Positions 1 to 9,208 of a stretch of DNA of 32,902 nt are shown one piece after another. Below the pieces are notes generated by a model. The model had not been told where the DNA came from, ran no database searches, and saw only the letters and a program-made list of their open reading frames with translations. The DNA lies in contig JAJRAG010000045.1 in assembly GCA_028682925.1 (NCBI GenBank), positions 1 to 32,902 on the forward strand, in the 5' to 3' direction. Within the stretch, counting starts at the first letter, position 1. Each line of letters opens with the position of its first letter. The DNA is from Methanomassiliicoccales archaeon. Lineage in GTDB: Archaea > Thermoplasmatota > Thermoplasmata > Methanomassiliicoccales > JACIVX01. A program made the translations under genes and the position numbers.

Positions 1-30
1 ATACAAACGATGGGCGAGATGGTTTCTTTC

Positions 31-1256
31 TCATATTCCGTCCTTCGAAGCGTAGTTCTTGTAGACGGCCAACCAAGAACCGAGACTTGTCGCACCCACG
101 ATGGCGAAGATCAATCCTGCGATCAGTATCCTGTTCTCCCATTCAATGGAGACGATCATCATCCCTAGTGTCCCGACGGCCATGAAGAAGAAGTTGAATA
201 TCGATGATGCCGAACCAGCATCAGTGTCCATCTGCGACATTATGATATCGAGACTCGGTGTCCGTGTGACGCTAACAGACAATGTGGCTGGTATGACCGA
301 TAGCAGGAAAGGAACGGGTCCAAGGTTACCAAACAGGATCACGAGAGCTCCACTGAGCAAGATTGTCGCTAAGCTAAAGGTGACTATCTTCAGTCTATCA
401 AAGCGCTTTGCCAGGAATAGATACAAGAACGGTCCGATCAACAAGAAAGCTGCATTGCAGGCAAAGAAAAGACTGAACTCACCTTGACTTAGACCAAAAC
501 CATCGATGAGAATGTAGCTGGAGATCCCCACCCACACGAAGATTATCATTCCGAGTGGTGACAGACTAGGCAGCAGTCTTGAGTAGCGCCGGTTCTTCAA
601 CACCACCCACAATTGACCCAGAGTTGCCAGTATCCTCCTATTCGATTTCTCTTTCAGCGACTCTTCCATGGCGAGGCAGCCAAGCAACGCGACTGCGCCG
701 AGTGCCCCTAGAATGTAGAAGATCCCCCTCCATGCCATATACTGGAGCAAAACCGCCCCGGCTATTGGCGCAAGTATTGGGCCGAATGCCATCATCATGC
801 TCACTATGGCGTAAGTCCTCTCTCTCTTTTGTGGCCTTCGTATATGTCTTTGACCATAGCGATGGATACTGCCACAGCTACCCCGCCGAATACTCCCTGA
901 AGGGCGCGGAAAGCGATGAGCTGGTAAACGTCGAAAGACAGACCACACAGGATGCTGAATATGACGAAGGCGGTCATGCCCGTCACCAAAGTCGGTCTTC
1001 GTCCGTACCTGTCGGAGAGTGGCCCCCACAGCAACAGCCCAATGGCATAGAAGAGGAAGAATAGTACCAGGTTCAGATTGAGAAGGCTTATCGGAGAATC
1101 AAACTGTGTGCTCATGCTTGGAAGGGCCGGGAGGTACATGTCGGTGGCGAGGGCAGGCAAGGCATTGAGCACGATTATTACCACCAATACGATCGGTGAC
1201 TTCTTTGGAATCATGAATCTTCTGGGCGCGGCTTCGTTGTTGACACTCCCATCCAT
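31..1256 (-). pseudogene. Bcr/CflA-family (DHA1) MFS drug-efflux transporter split by a frameshift at ~818-827
   Basis: N-half ORF has ATDMYLPALP and GPLSDRYGRRP (MFS motif A). C-half frame has GPILAPIAGA..WRGIF and DAGSASS. The frames switch in an (AG)5 run and deleting one AG gives continuous EGHKRERTYAIVSMMM. Start set at ATG 1256 (AGGAG upstream). Confidence 0.85.
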
Positions 1257-1645
1257 GCTCTCCTGAAGCACAGTCTCTCCCTCCTTCTCCACTCGTCCTG
1301 GTATCTTCAATCGAGATCTTGAACCGTCAAATGATGATTCTTGAAATCGGAGGGGTCAATAGGTTTGAGCATTTATGTTGTTGCACCGTTCAGCGGCAAC
1401 GACCATCAGGAAATCCGTCCCATCAGACCGCTTGTCGTCTACTGCGACGACTACAGCACATATTTCTGATCGTCTAAAGAACCTCAAGAAGCCCAATTGT
1501 CCAGTCACAGTATGTCCGAGCCCAGATACGGATAGGACTGGGTAAAGGGTTCATACGGGTTGAAGATCTGCGGATAATATTTATGCTACATTGTCCAATG
1601 GAGACCAAAAGCTATTGGAGACTTCGTTCCAGAGGCAAAGCAAGA

Positions 1646-1966
1646 ATGAGCGGAATGGAAGAATGGGTGGCAGTATCAGAGGAGAAGCAGCTCAAGGAAG
1701 GTAGCGGACTAAACGTCAATCCGAAAGGGTTGCCGGTGCTTCTACTGAAGAGGTCTGGACAGGTCTTCGCCATCTCGAATCGCTGCCCGCATATGGGATG
1801 CGCGCTCGCGGGCGGGAGCATCTCTGGCTACATTCTGACCTGCCCCTGCCACGATTGGCGCTTTGACATCCGCACGGGAGAATTCTTGAGCGCGAGAGAG
1901 ATCAAGCTACCCATATACGATTTCAAGATCGAATCAGGAACCATATCAATAAGAATAGAGAGGTGA
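1646..1966 (+). CDS. Rieske [2Fe-2S] ferredoxin
   Basis: CPHMG...CPCHDWRFD (CxH...CxxH). Start moved to ATG 1646 (MSGMEEW). Confidence 0.92.
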   Translation: MSGMEEWVAVSEEKQLKEGSGLNVNPKGLPVLLLKRSGQVFAISNRCPHMGCALAGGSISGYILTCPCHDWRFDIRTGEFLSAREIKLPIYDFKIESGTISIRIER

Positions 1967-1970
1967 GGAG

Positions 1971-2228
1971 ATGAAGAAGATAAGAGTGTACACTCTGAGT
2001 TACTGCCCTTGGTGCAAGAAGACAAAGAAATTCTTCGCGGATCGCAAAGTTCCAGTCGATTGTGTCGACTACGATCTGGTCAGCGAAGATGAGCAGAAGG
2101 AGATTCTGAACGAAATGAGGAGTAAATCCAAAGGAAGCGTCGCGTTTCCATTCGTGATCATAGAGGACGAAGTGGTCGTCGGATACAATCCTGAGAGATA
2201 CGAGGAGTTGCTTGATCAAAAGGGATAG
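1971..2228 (+). CDS. Glutaredoxin/NrdH-like redoxin
   Basis: YTLSYCPWCKK (CxxC), cis-Pro motif AFPFV, VVGY; RBS GGTGAGGAG. Confidence 0.93.
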   Translation: MKKIRVYTLSYCPWCKKTKKFFADRKVPVDCVDYDLVSEDEQKEILNEMRSKSKGSVAFPFVIIEDEVVVGYNPERYEELLDQKG

Positions 2229-2235
2229 TGCAAAA

Positions 2236-2568
2236 ATGGATGATCTAGAACGAAAGAAAGCGCTCAGATTTCAGTTCGAAGGCATTGTCGACAAACTAGG
2301 ATACAAGTTCTCTTCAGACGATGAGATTGTGAATGACTTACTGGACGCAGAGGTCCAACTTGAGAAGCGCTTTGGCTCACCATATTGTCCTTGTCAAGGA
2401 AGGACGAACAAGAGGAGCGATGATATGTTGATCGTCTGTCCGTGCATCCCGTTTCACAGGAAGCACTATGATGCGATGAAGCGATGCTGGTGCGGACTGT
2501 ACGTGCACAAAGACGTCGTAGACCCCAGCAAGCTGATCCAAATCCCCATGAGCGAGATGAGGATGTGA
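2236..2568 (+). CDS. Ferredoxin:thioredoxin reductase catalytic (beta) subunit-like protein
   Basis: FGSPYCPC...CPC...CWCGLYV matches the FTR CPC/CPC/CxC [4Fe-4S] plus disulfide signature. Start at ATG 2236. Confidence 0.9.
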   Translation: MDDLERKKALRFQFEGIVDKLGYKFSSDDEIVNDLLDAEVQLEKRFGSPYCPCQGRTNKRSDDMLIVCPCIPFHRKHYDAMKRCWCGLYVHKDVVDPSKLIQIPMSEMRM

Positions 2569-2572
2569 CAGC

Positions 2573-2959
2573 ATGTTTGTCAAGATGGCGAAGGAGGAAG
2601 ATCTCGTCGATGGAGGCCTTATGCTCATTTCAGGAAATGGGAAAGAGGCGGTCCTCTGCAACTACGAAGGGAAGTTTTTCGCTATTGAGCGACGGTGCGG
2701 TCACATGAATGCCCCGCTCGAGATGGGGACTCTGACCGGCTACATCCTGACCTGCCCAATGCATAGCGCTCAGTTCAGCATCATCACAGGCGAAGCGCTT
2801 GCCGGCCCCGTTCCGGCGCCTCAGACCCAGGTTTCGACAGCTCAAAAGACGGAAGCGATTCCGGGATACTTGGCAACGCTGATGTCAGGAATCAGAACGG
2901 AGAACGTCAAAACCTTCCCTTTGAAGGTTGAGAATGGATGGATTCTCGTCGACCTATGA
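2573..2959 (+). CDS. Rieske [2Fe-2S] ferredoxin with a C-terminal loop insertion
   Basis: CGHMNAPL...CPMHSAQF; about 25 extra residues between GEAL and VKTFP compared with the first Rieske gene. Confidence 0.92.
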   Translation: MFVKMAKEEDLVDGGLMLISGNGKEAVLCNYEGKFFAIERRCGHMNAPLEMGTLTGYILTCPMHSAQFSIITGEALAGPVPAPQTQVSTAQKTEAIPGYLATLMSGIRTENVKTFPLKVENGWILVDL

Positions 2960-3011
2960 GCGCATCTACTGTTCAGAACATTTCCATGTTCGCATTGGAG
3001 ACTCGAGCATA

Positions 3012-3575
3012 ATGACGTCCCCCCTATTCTTCTCTGACAGAGAACAATGGCGCTCCTGGTTAGTAAGGAATCACAGCTCCAAGAAGGAGGCCTGGCTTCT
3101 TCTCTATAAGAAGAGGACGGGCAAACCGGGGCTCAGCTTGGACGAGGCCGTTGAGGAGGCAATCTGCTATGGATGGATCGACAGCATCCTTAGGCGGGTG
3201 GATGATGAGAAACACATGCTGAGATTCAGTCCGAGGAAGAAGAACAGCAAATGGGCCGTGAGCAATCTTGAAAGGGCTCAAAACATGATTAGACAAGGGA
3301 AGATGACGGAGTCGGGTCTCAGGCTCCTGCCAATGACAAATGACAAGACGGACCCGAAGCGCTATCCGCCCGAAGTTGAGGAAGTCACAATTCCAGAAGA
3401 TCTAGATAGGGCGCTGCAAGGAAGTCCTCCAGCCCATGATGCTTTCAAGTCTCTGGCAAAAAGCCATCGAAGGGGATACATACACTGGATCACAGAGGCA
3501 AAAAGACCCGAGACAAGAAAGAAACGAATAAGAAAGATCGTAGAATTTCTGACGGGTGAGATAGACAGCTTGTAG
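3012..3575 (+). CDS. YdeI/OmpD-associated family protein
   Basis: WRSWLVRNH...EAICYGWIDS...FSPRK..SKW and YIHWITEAKRPETRKKRI motifs. Start at ATG 3012. Confidence 0.88.
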   Translation: MTSPLFFSDREQWRSWLVRNHSSKKEAWLLLYKKRTGKPGLSLDEAVEEAICYGWIDSILRRVDDEKHMLRFSPRKKNSKWAVSNLERAQNMIRQGKMTESGLRLLPMTNDKTDPKRYPPEVEEVTIPEDLDRALQGSPPAHDAFKSLAKSHRRGYIHWITEAKRPETRKKRIRKIVEFLTGEIDSL

Positions 3576-3851
3576 AAACAAAGCATCGGACAAGAAAGCG
3601 ATCTAATGTCTTCCGAGAAAGAAGCATCGTGAGAGCTCGAGGGCATTTGTTAGAGACTGCTAATGATAGGAGTTCACCCCTCCGGCCACCCTGAACAAAT
3701 TCCATGATAGCGTTCTGAAAAATCCTTGAACGGCCTGACACAATCTCAATGACCGACCGGAGGCTTTCTTCGCCCGTTCGGTCAGGAGAAGGCGGACAAG
3801 CTTGAAATACGTGGTCTTTCGTGCGACTCAACAATAGTTAATAAATGAGAG

Positions 3852-4031
3852 GTGATCAACCTGCCAACACATCAGGGCAACAGAAACGACCGATATCTGA
3901 TGATCGAACTATCCTGTGCAGAAAGGAAATGCATTCCATGCACGTACCCCTACTGTCAGCGCTACGTCAGGGAGAACGGGAAGGAAAAGAGGGTCTCAAG
4001 CCGCATTTTCGAAACCGGCAACACAGTGTAG
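3852..4031 (+). CDS. Small Cys-rich hypothetical protein (59 aa, absent from the ORF track)
   Basis: Translated by hand: MINLPTHQGNRNDRYLMIELSCAERKCIPCTYPYCQRYVRENGKEKRVSSRIFETGNTV*. GAGGTGA RBS at 3849-3855, so the start may instead be CTG 3861 or ATG 3900. C-x4-C-x2-C-x4-C cluster. Confidence 0.5.
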   Translation: MINLPTHQGNRNDRYLMIELSCAERKCIPCTYPYCQRYVRENGKEKRVSSRIFETGNTV

Positions 4032-4159
4032 TCCAATAACGAGATTCTTGTTTCCATTCACTGCACCAGGATCGATTGCCGAGAAATGGAAGCCTCGTCT
4101 CCCTTGGGATATTCTGTCTCTTGCCTATTGAGATTCGACTATTCTCTCAGAAATATCGG

Positions 4160-5107
4160 TCAATACTCATTTTTGAAATCGAATTTGAAGATGTCCCGCC
4201 TTGAATAATGTCCGAGTGCGTCAAAATACGCCTTCGTGTGTCTCCTGTCATCAGAGTCCAGCGATGCATAGATTATGGCTTCCTTATCGAAAACAGGTCC
4301 TGCAAGAATCACTCCGGCGGGGTTGACAATGAAGCTCCCGCCCGCAGCCGTGTTGAAGTCCGCGCATTCCTTCGGAAGATCCTTGTCCGGGACGTACTGG
4401 CTGACGCTTATCACGAACGCCTGATTCTCGAACGCGTATTCTCGTACGGCGTGCTCAATGTCGCAGAAGTGAGACGAATCCTTGCCCTCCTCGTACCGTT
4501 TCTTATCTCCTGGATGACGATTCATTACCCACCATCCAGGCCATACGGCGCAATGTATCTCCTCGCCCAGGCTTCCCATCGCCGCCTTCAGAAGCGTCAT
4601 ATGATGCTCATAGCATACAAGTCCTCCGATCGTCCCAATGTCAGTGTCGAACACTCTTACGTCGCTGGCGTCACCCATTCCCCAGACCATTCTCTCGCCA
4701 TGGGTCGGCATCAATTTCCTATGGCGTCCCAGGACCTTTCCATTGTTACCTATGAAAAGGATAGTGTTGTAGAGTGTCTCGCTTCCCTTCCGGTCGCTAA
4801 GCTCTGTGCATCCAATAACTGAGATCATGTCCGCGTTCTTGGAAGCGTCGCATAGGACATCAGTGTCCGAGCTTGGAATCCTGACCGAGTTCTTCTGATA
4901 CTGGACCATGAAATCGGACCATCTTGATATAGGCTGCAATCCCCTCCAATATGGATATCCAGGGATGAATGTCTCGGAGAAAACGGTCAACTTCGCTCCC
5001 GCGCGACCAGCTTCTTCAATCGTCCTACATGCCTTATCGATCGTCGCCTCCTTGTTCATGAAGATAGGAGAGACCTGGGCCGCTGCAACCTTGACCTTGT
5101 CCATCAT
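4160..5107 (-). CDS. Nitrilase (carbon-nitrogen hydrolase family)
   Basis: Glu-Lys-Cys triad motifs FSETFIPGYP, HRKLMPT, GGLVCYEH; C-terminal FDALGHYSR. Confidence 0.93.
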   Translation of the reverse strand: MMDKVKVAAAQVSPIFMNKEATIDKACRTIEEAGRAGAKLTVFSETFIPGYPYWRGLQPISRWSDFMVQYQKNSVRIPSSDTDVLCDASKNADMISVIGCTELSDRKGSETLYNTILFIGNNGKVLGRHRKLMPTHGERMVWGMGDASDVRVFDTDIGTIGGLVCYEHHMTLLKAAMGSLGEEIHCAVWPGWWVMNRHPGDKKRYEEGKDSSHFCDIEHAVREYAFENQAFVISVSQYVPDKDLPKECADFNTAAGGSFIVNPAGVILAGPVFDKEAIIYASLDSDDRRHTKAYFDALGHYSRRDIFKFDFKNEY

Positions 5108-5363
5108 GATTCAGCACCACGAGATAATCCCTGAAGAAGCAAGCGAACATAAATACTGTGCGTGGCCACTCATTTCAAAAACAGGGATTCGGGACTGCGG
5201 ATGCGGTCGTCTCCGTATAGGAAGCAGGTGGCGGCAATACCATCCAGCGCATTATCGATTCTTGTTCTCCAAAGGCATGTCGAACTCAAGATATATATAG
5301 TTTGGAGCTACTCCAGCCGAATTTGGTGGAGCTCAGGACCGAAACTTTGGGAGGCAGCTTGAG

Positions 5364-6080
5364 TTGATCGCGATAGAGATCAAGAACCTGGTCAAAAGCT
5401 ATGGGAGTTTCAACGCTGTCAACAACATATCGTTCGAGGTCAACCGAGGCGAGATATTCGGCCTCATCGGTCCAAATGGCGCTGGCAAGACTACTACTCT
5501 CAGAATCCTTGCGACATTGCTCCAGATCACCTCCGGTGAAGTGAAGATCTTCGGCCACGACCTTGAGCACGAGGCGGATGAGGTCAGGAAAATCATCAGC
5601 TATCTCCCCGAAGATGCTGGTGCGTACAAGAATCTCACAGGAAGGGCATACCTCGAGTTCATAGCACCGTTCTTCGGAGATGGCAACAGGTCTTCGGAGA
5701 TCGTCAGAAAGGGAGTCGAGATAGCGAATCTTGGTGAGAGGATCAACGACAAGGTCGAGACGTACAGCAAGGGGATGACAAGAAGATTGTTGGTCGCTCG
5801 TGCATTGATGATCGAACCCAAGCTCGCGATACTTGACGAACTCACTTCCGGCCTGGACGTCTTGAACTCCCAAGAGATCAGGAAACTTGCCAAGAAGACC
5901 ACCTCCGAGGGCACGACAATACTCCTCTCATCTCACAACATGCTTGAGGTCGAGCTGCTCTGCGATCGAATAGCTTTGATTGACAACGGCAAGATCGTCG
6001 AGATAGGTACTCCAGATGAGCTCAAGAGGAGGCACAACTGCAACAACATAGAGGACGTCTTCGTGAAGGTGGTCGCATGA
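5364..6080 (+). CDS. ABC exporter ATP-binding subunit (NatA/DrrA-like)
   Basis: Walker A GPNGAGKTT, signature YSKGM, Walker B AILDE, H-loop SSH; TTG start after GGAGG. Confidence 0.95.
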   Translation: MIAIEIKNLVKSYGSFNAVNNISFEVNRGEIFGLIGPNGAGKTTTLRILATLLQITSGEVKIFGHDLEHEADEVRKIISYLPEDAGAYKNLTGRAYLEFIAPFFGDGNRSSEIVRKGVEIANLGERINDKVETYSKGMTRRLLVARALMIEPKLAILDELTSGLDVLNSQEIRKLAKKTTSEGTTILLSSHNMLEVELLCDRIALIDNGKIVEIGTPDELKRRHNCNNIEDVFVKVVA

Positions 6081-7378
6081 ATAGCGTCACGAACATCATC
6101 AAAAAGGAAGTGAAGGAGCTGTTGACGCCGTCCACACTTGTACCAATCATCATCATGGCCGCGATTTTCGGATCGCTGGGTAACATCATCGGAGGAGCTG
6201 GCCAAGAAGCAACGAAGGCTCCGGTAATAGGGATGGTGGATCAAGATCATAGTGTCCTATCAGCGGTAGCTGGCAAGACGCTTAACAAAAGTGCGAACGT
6301 CGTCTACACCGGCTCAAGCGTGTCGGAAGGACTGACGGCGCTGGAAAAGGAGGACGGAATCGCGCTCATCATCATTCCTTCTGGCTTCGGCGAGAGTATA
6401 TTGAGCAACAAAAGTGGGGAGTACCAGATTCTCTGGATCATGAAAGGCACTGGACTCATGGACACTATTTCTTCAAGCAACGTCGACTCTTCACTGCAGC
6501 TCGCGAGCGCGAGCATCTCGAAGGAAATCATAGACAGCCACGCATCGGTGAACTCGACGGTCATTCTGAACCCGACCGTCAAGAACGAGACAACAATTTT
6601 CAAGGGGAAAGAAATGGTTGGGATCTCTCCAGGTTTGATATCTGGCTTTATGTCTCAACAGGCTTTTGTCGTTCCTCTGATAGTACTCATGGTCATCATC
6701 ATGGCCGGCAGCATGGTCATATCGTCGATGGGCACCGAGAAGGAGAACAAGACCCTCGAGACACTACTTACGCTCCCGGTCAAGAGAAGCTCCATCGTCT
6801 TTGGGAAGCTGGCGGGGAGCGCGATCGTCGGCCTCATATTGGCAGTGATTTACATGATCGGACTTGGATACTACACTAGTTCGATCTCTGCTGGTTCCCC
6901 GATAGACATGGCGAAATACGGATTGACCCTCGACGCTTTTGACTACGTTCTCGTCGGCATCTCGCTCTTCCTCGGACTGCTTTCGGCATTGGCCCTATGC
7001 ATGCTGCTTGGCATCTTCGCGAAGAACTACAAGTCGGCGCAGACCCTAACGATGCCGATCACTCTCCTGGCGATGATCCCAATGTTCGCGGTGATGATGC
7101 TCGACTTCAACACAATGCCGCTTGTCGGCCAGGTGCTGTTGTTCGCGATCCCGTTCACGCACCCGATGATGGCGATAAGAAGCTTGATGTTCGACGACTA
7201 CACGCTCGTCGTCGGCGGGATCGTCTACGAGGCGATATTCGCCATGGCTACGATGGCGATCGCAGTGTGGTTGTTCAGGAAGGACATCCTCCTGACGGGT
7301 AGACTCACTGCGGGTGAGAAGAAACGATCATATAGCCCGATTTGGAATGCAATTCAAAGGATGAACAAAAGAAAGTAA
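6077..7378 (+). CDS. ABC-2 type permease (NatB-like)
   Basis: N-terminal TM, large extracellular loop, EKENKTLETLLTLP motif, further TM helices; ATGA overlap with the ATPase gene. Confidence 0.92.
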   Translation: MNSVTNIIKKEVKELLTPSTLVPIIIMAAIFGSLGNIIGGAGQEATKAPVIGMVDQDHSVLSAVAGKTLNKSANVVYTGSSVSEGLTALEKEDGIALIIIPSGFGESILSNKSGEYQILWIMKGTGLMDTISSSNVDSSLQLASASISKEIIDSHASVNSTVILNPTVKNETTIFKGKEMVGISPGLISGFMSQQAFVVPLIVLMVIIMAGSMVISSMGTEKENKTLETLLTLPVKRSSIVFGKLAGSAIVGLILAVIYMIGLGYYTSSISAGSPIDMAKYGLTLDAFDYVLVGISLFLGLLSALALCMLLGIFAKNYKSAQTLTMPITLLAMIPMFAVMMLDFNTMPLVGQVLLFAIPFTHPMMAIRSLMFDDYTLVVGGIVYEAIFAMATMAIAVWLFRKDILLTGRLTAGEKKRSYSPIWNAIQRMNKRK

Positions 7379-7438
7379 TGCTGAGTATTCGCATTGAATC
7401 CAACCCCATCGCCTTTTCATCCTACGACGTAGGTCTGT

Positions 7439-8212
7439 TCAGACCTCTTCCTTCAATGACATTCCAACCGGACAATGGTCCGACCCTTTGACGTCTTTGA
7501 GTATGAAGGCGCTCTCAAGCCTACCAAGGAGACCCTCGCTTATAAGGAAGTAGTCAATCCTCCAACCTACATTCCTTTCTCTAGCCTTTGTCTTCAAGTC
7601 CCACCATGTGTACTGACCCGGGGATTGATCAAAGACTCTGAAGGCATCGATGAACCCGACTGCCAACAGCTCATCAATCCAGGCTCTCTCCACCGGAAGA
7701 AAACCAGAAATCTTACGGTTCTCCACCGGCCTTGCCAGATCGATCTCTTTGTGGGCGGTGTTGACGTCCCCGCATATTATCACGTTCTTTCCACGATCCT
7801 TCATTCCTCGGACGAATTCGAGGAACGAGGCGCAGAAATCCAGTTTGTAGGTCAGCCTTTCCTTCGATGACTTCCCATTGGGAAAGTATATGTTGAATAG
7901 AACGAAGTCATCGTAGTAGGCTATCTGGATCCGCCCCTCTTTATCGAACCTCTCCACTCCGATTCCATTCTCGATTTTTGCCGGTTCCTTCTTCGTGAAC
8001 AACGCGACTCCGCTGTAGCCCTTTTTGTCAACTGGCGAAGAGAAATAACACCGATAGCCGTAGATCCTCTTGAGATCCTTCGGCACTTCCCTCTCCTCAG
8101 CCTTTGTCTCCTGAAGACAGAGAATGTCAGGAGCTTCGCTCTTGAACCATTTCTTGAATCCTTTCTTGTGAACTGCCCTGATACCATTGATGTTCCAGGA
8201 AATCATTCTCAT
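7439..8212 (-). CDS. xth: Exodeoxyribonuclease III / AP endonuclease
   Basis: [45 protein letters not shown]. Start at ATG 8212 after GGTGA. Confidence 0.96.
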   Translation of the reverse strand: MRMISWNINGIRAVHKKGFKKWFKSEAPDILCLQETKAEEREVPKDLKRIYGYRCYFSSPVDKKGYSGVALFTKKEPAKIENGIGVERFDKEGRIQIAYYDDFVLFNIYFPNGKSSKERLTYKLDFCASFLEFVRGMKDRGKNVIICGDVNTAHKEIDLARPVENRKISGFLPVERAWIDELLAVGFIDAFRVFDQSPGQYTWWDLKTKARERNVGWRIDYFLISEGLLGRLESAFILKDVKGSDHCPVGMSLKEEV

Positions 8213-8327
8213 CCGGAGTTCACCCGACATCTGATTGTATTGCATCGATATCAATCCGCGATTGAGGAATCTCATTCGAAGGGAATCATTATCTCATGCT
8301 TCATCGATTCAAGCCGAGGGTGCGTGG

Positions 8328-8561
8328 ATGAAGGTTGGCGTATGTGGAATAGCATGCGAGATATGTCCCTTGATGGTGAAGGGGAAATGCCCGAATGGTG
8401 AAGACGGATGCTCCCCTAAGATGAACGAATTCTGCAAGGTATCCACATGCGCATTCGAGAGAGGAGTCAGATACTGTTTTGAGTGCTCAGACTTCCCTTG
8501 TGAGACCACGAAGTCTGGACCGATCGCTTACGATTACTGCATGTTCATCTCAGGCAGATAG
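8328..8561 (+). CDS. Small Cys-rich protein, DUF3795-like
   Basis: VCGIACEICP...C...C...CKVSTC...YCFECSDFPC pattern; GAGGGTG RBS before ATG 8328. Confidence 0.75.
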   Translation: MKVGVCGIACEICPLMVKGKCPNGEDGCSPKMNEFCKVSTCAFERGVRYCFECSDFPCETTKSGPIAYDYCMFISGR

Positions 8562-8584
8562 AAATCCAGATTCAGGACCCACCC

Positions 8585-9076
8585 CTAGTAATACGGAGGA
8601 GGAATGATCGTATCAGGGGACGGCTGCGTTGTCTTTGCGATTAGGTAAGCATCGTAGGCCTGCCACAGCCATAACGGGAAGAAGATGAGGCTGAACAGGA
8701 CCGCCGCACCAATCAGTCCCGCACCGTCTGGACCCATGTCGAGTGGTGACAAGAAGAACAAATCGATTATCAGCACCCACGTGAACAGGCCGAGCACTGC
8801 TCCGACGACAAGAAGGACGAGACCCTTCGCTAGGGATCTGACGTAAATGTGCCCCAATCCCATGATACCGAATAGGCCTGGTCCCAGAGCTAGGATTGTG
8901 GCGATCATAGGGCTGGCGCGCGAGGTCACTGGGGCCGAGGGAAGCTGAGACTCGGATGGATGGTAGTTTGACCTGACCTTCTTCGCCGTCCCGGGCCCAG
9001 AAAGGCTGTGACCACATTGATCGCAGAACCTCGCCTCCGACCTCATCTGCGCGCCGCATCTAGAACAATAACGCAA
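8585..9076 (-). CDS. Zinc-ribbon membrane protein (TM2-like region)
   Basis: N-terminal CSRCG...FCDQCG ribbon, GLGHIY motif, hydrophobic helices, WQAYDAY; TTG start after GGAGG. Confidence 0.85.
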   Translation of the reverse strand: MRYCSRCGAQMRSEARFCDQCGHSLSGPGTAKKVRSNYHPSESQLPSAPVTSRASPMIATILALGPGLFGIMGLGHIYVRSLAKGLVLLVVGAVLGLFTWVLIIDLFFLSPLDMGPDGAGLIGAAVLFSLIFFPLWLWQAYDAYLIAKTTQPSPDTIIPPPYY

Positions 9077-9154
9077 TCTTTTTGCCTCCGCACCCTAGTC
9101 TAGCCACGTCTGACGACACGATTTACATCGCATGCCTTCCCCTAATAGGTTCTC

Positions 9155-9192
9155 AAGAAAAACAAACAAGGGAAAAGGGTTTGAAAGGTTTG
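9155..9192 (-). terminator. Archaeal oligo-pyrimidine terminator downstream of aor
   Basis: Minus strand reads CAAACCTTTCAAACCCTTTTCCCTTGTTTGTTTTTCTT, beginning 16 nt after the aor stop. Confidence 0.7.
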
Positions 9193-9208
9193 TCTTGATG
9201 AGGCACCA

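Noticed and set aside
1331..1370. ATGATGA box C-like motif upstream of the MFS gene
   Set aside because: No CTGA box D at a suitable distance.
1378..1545. Several short hairpins (GTCGTC/GACGAC, CCAGTC/GACTGG) in the MFS-Rieske gap
   Set aside because: Stems are only 5-6 bp with no clear nested architecture, compatible with chance.
3660..3700. GATAGGAGTTCACC resembling a fluoride riboswitch core
   Set aside because: The 5' GGYGAU pairing strand and downstream pseudoknot are missing, and no fluoride-related gene follows.
3845..4131. Listed ORFs 3845..4039 and 3916..4131
   Set aside because: No motifs or suitably placed RBS; the third frame (3852..4031) has the RBS and the Cys cluster.
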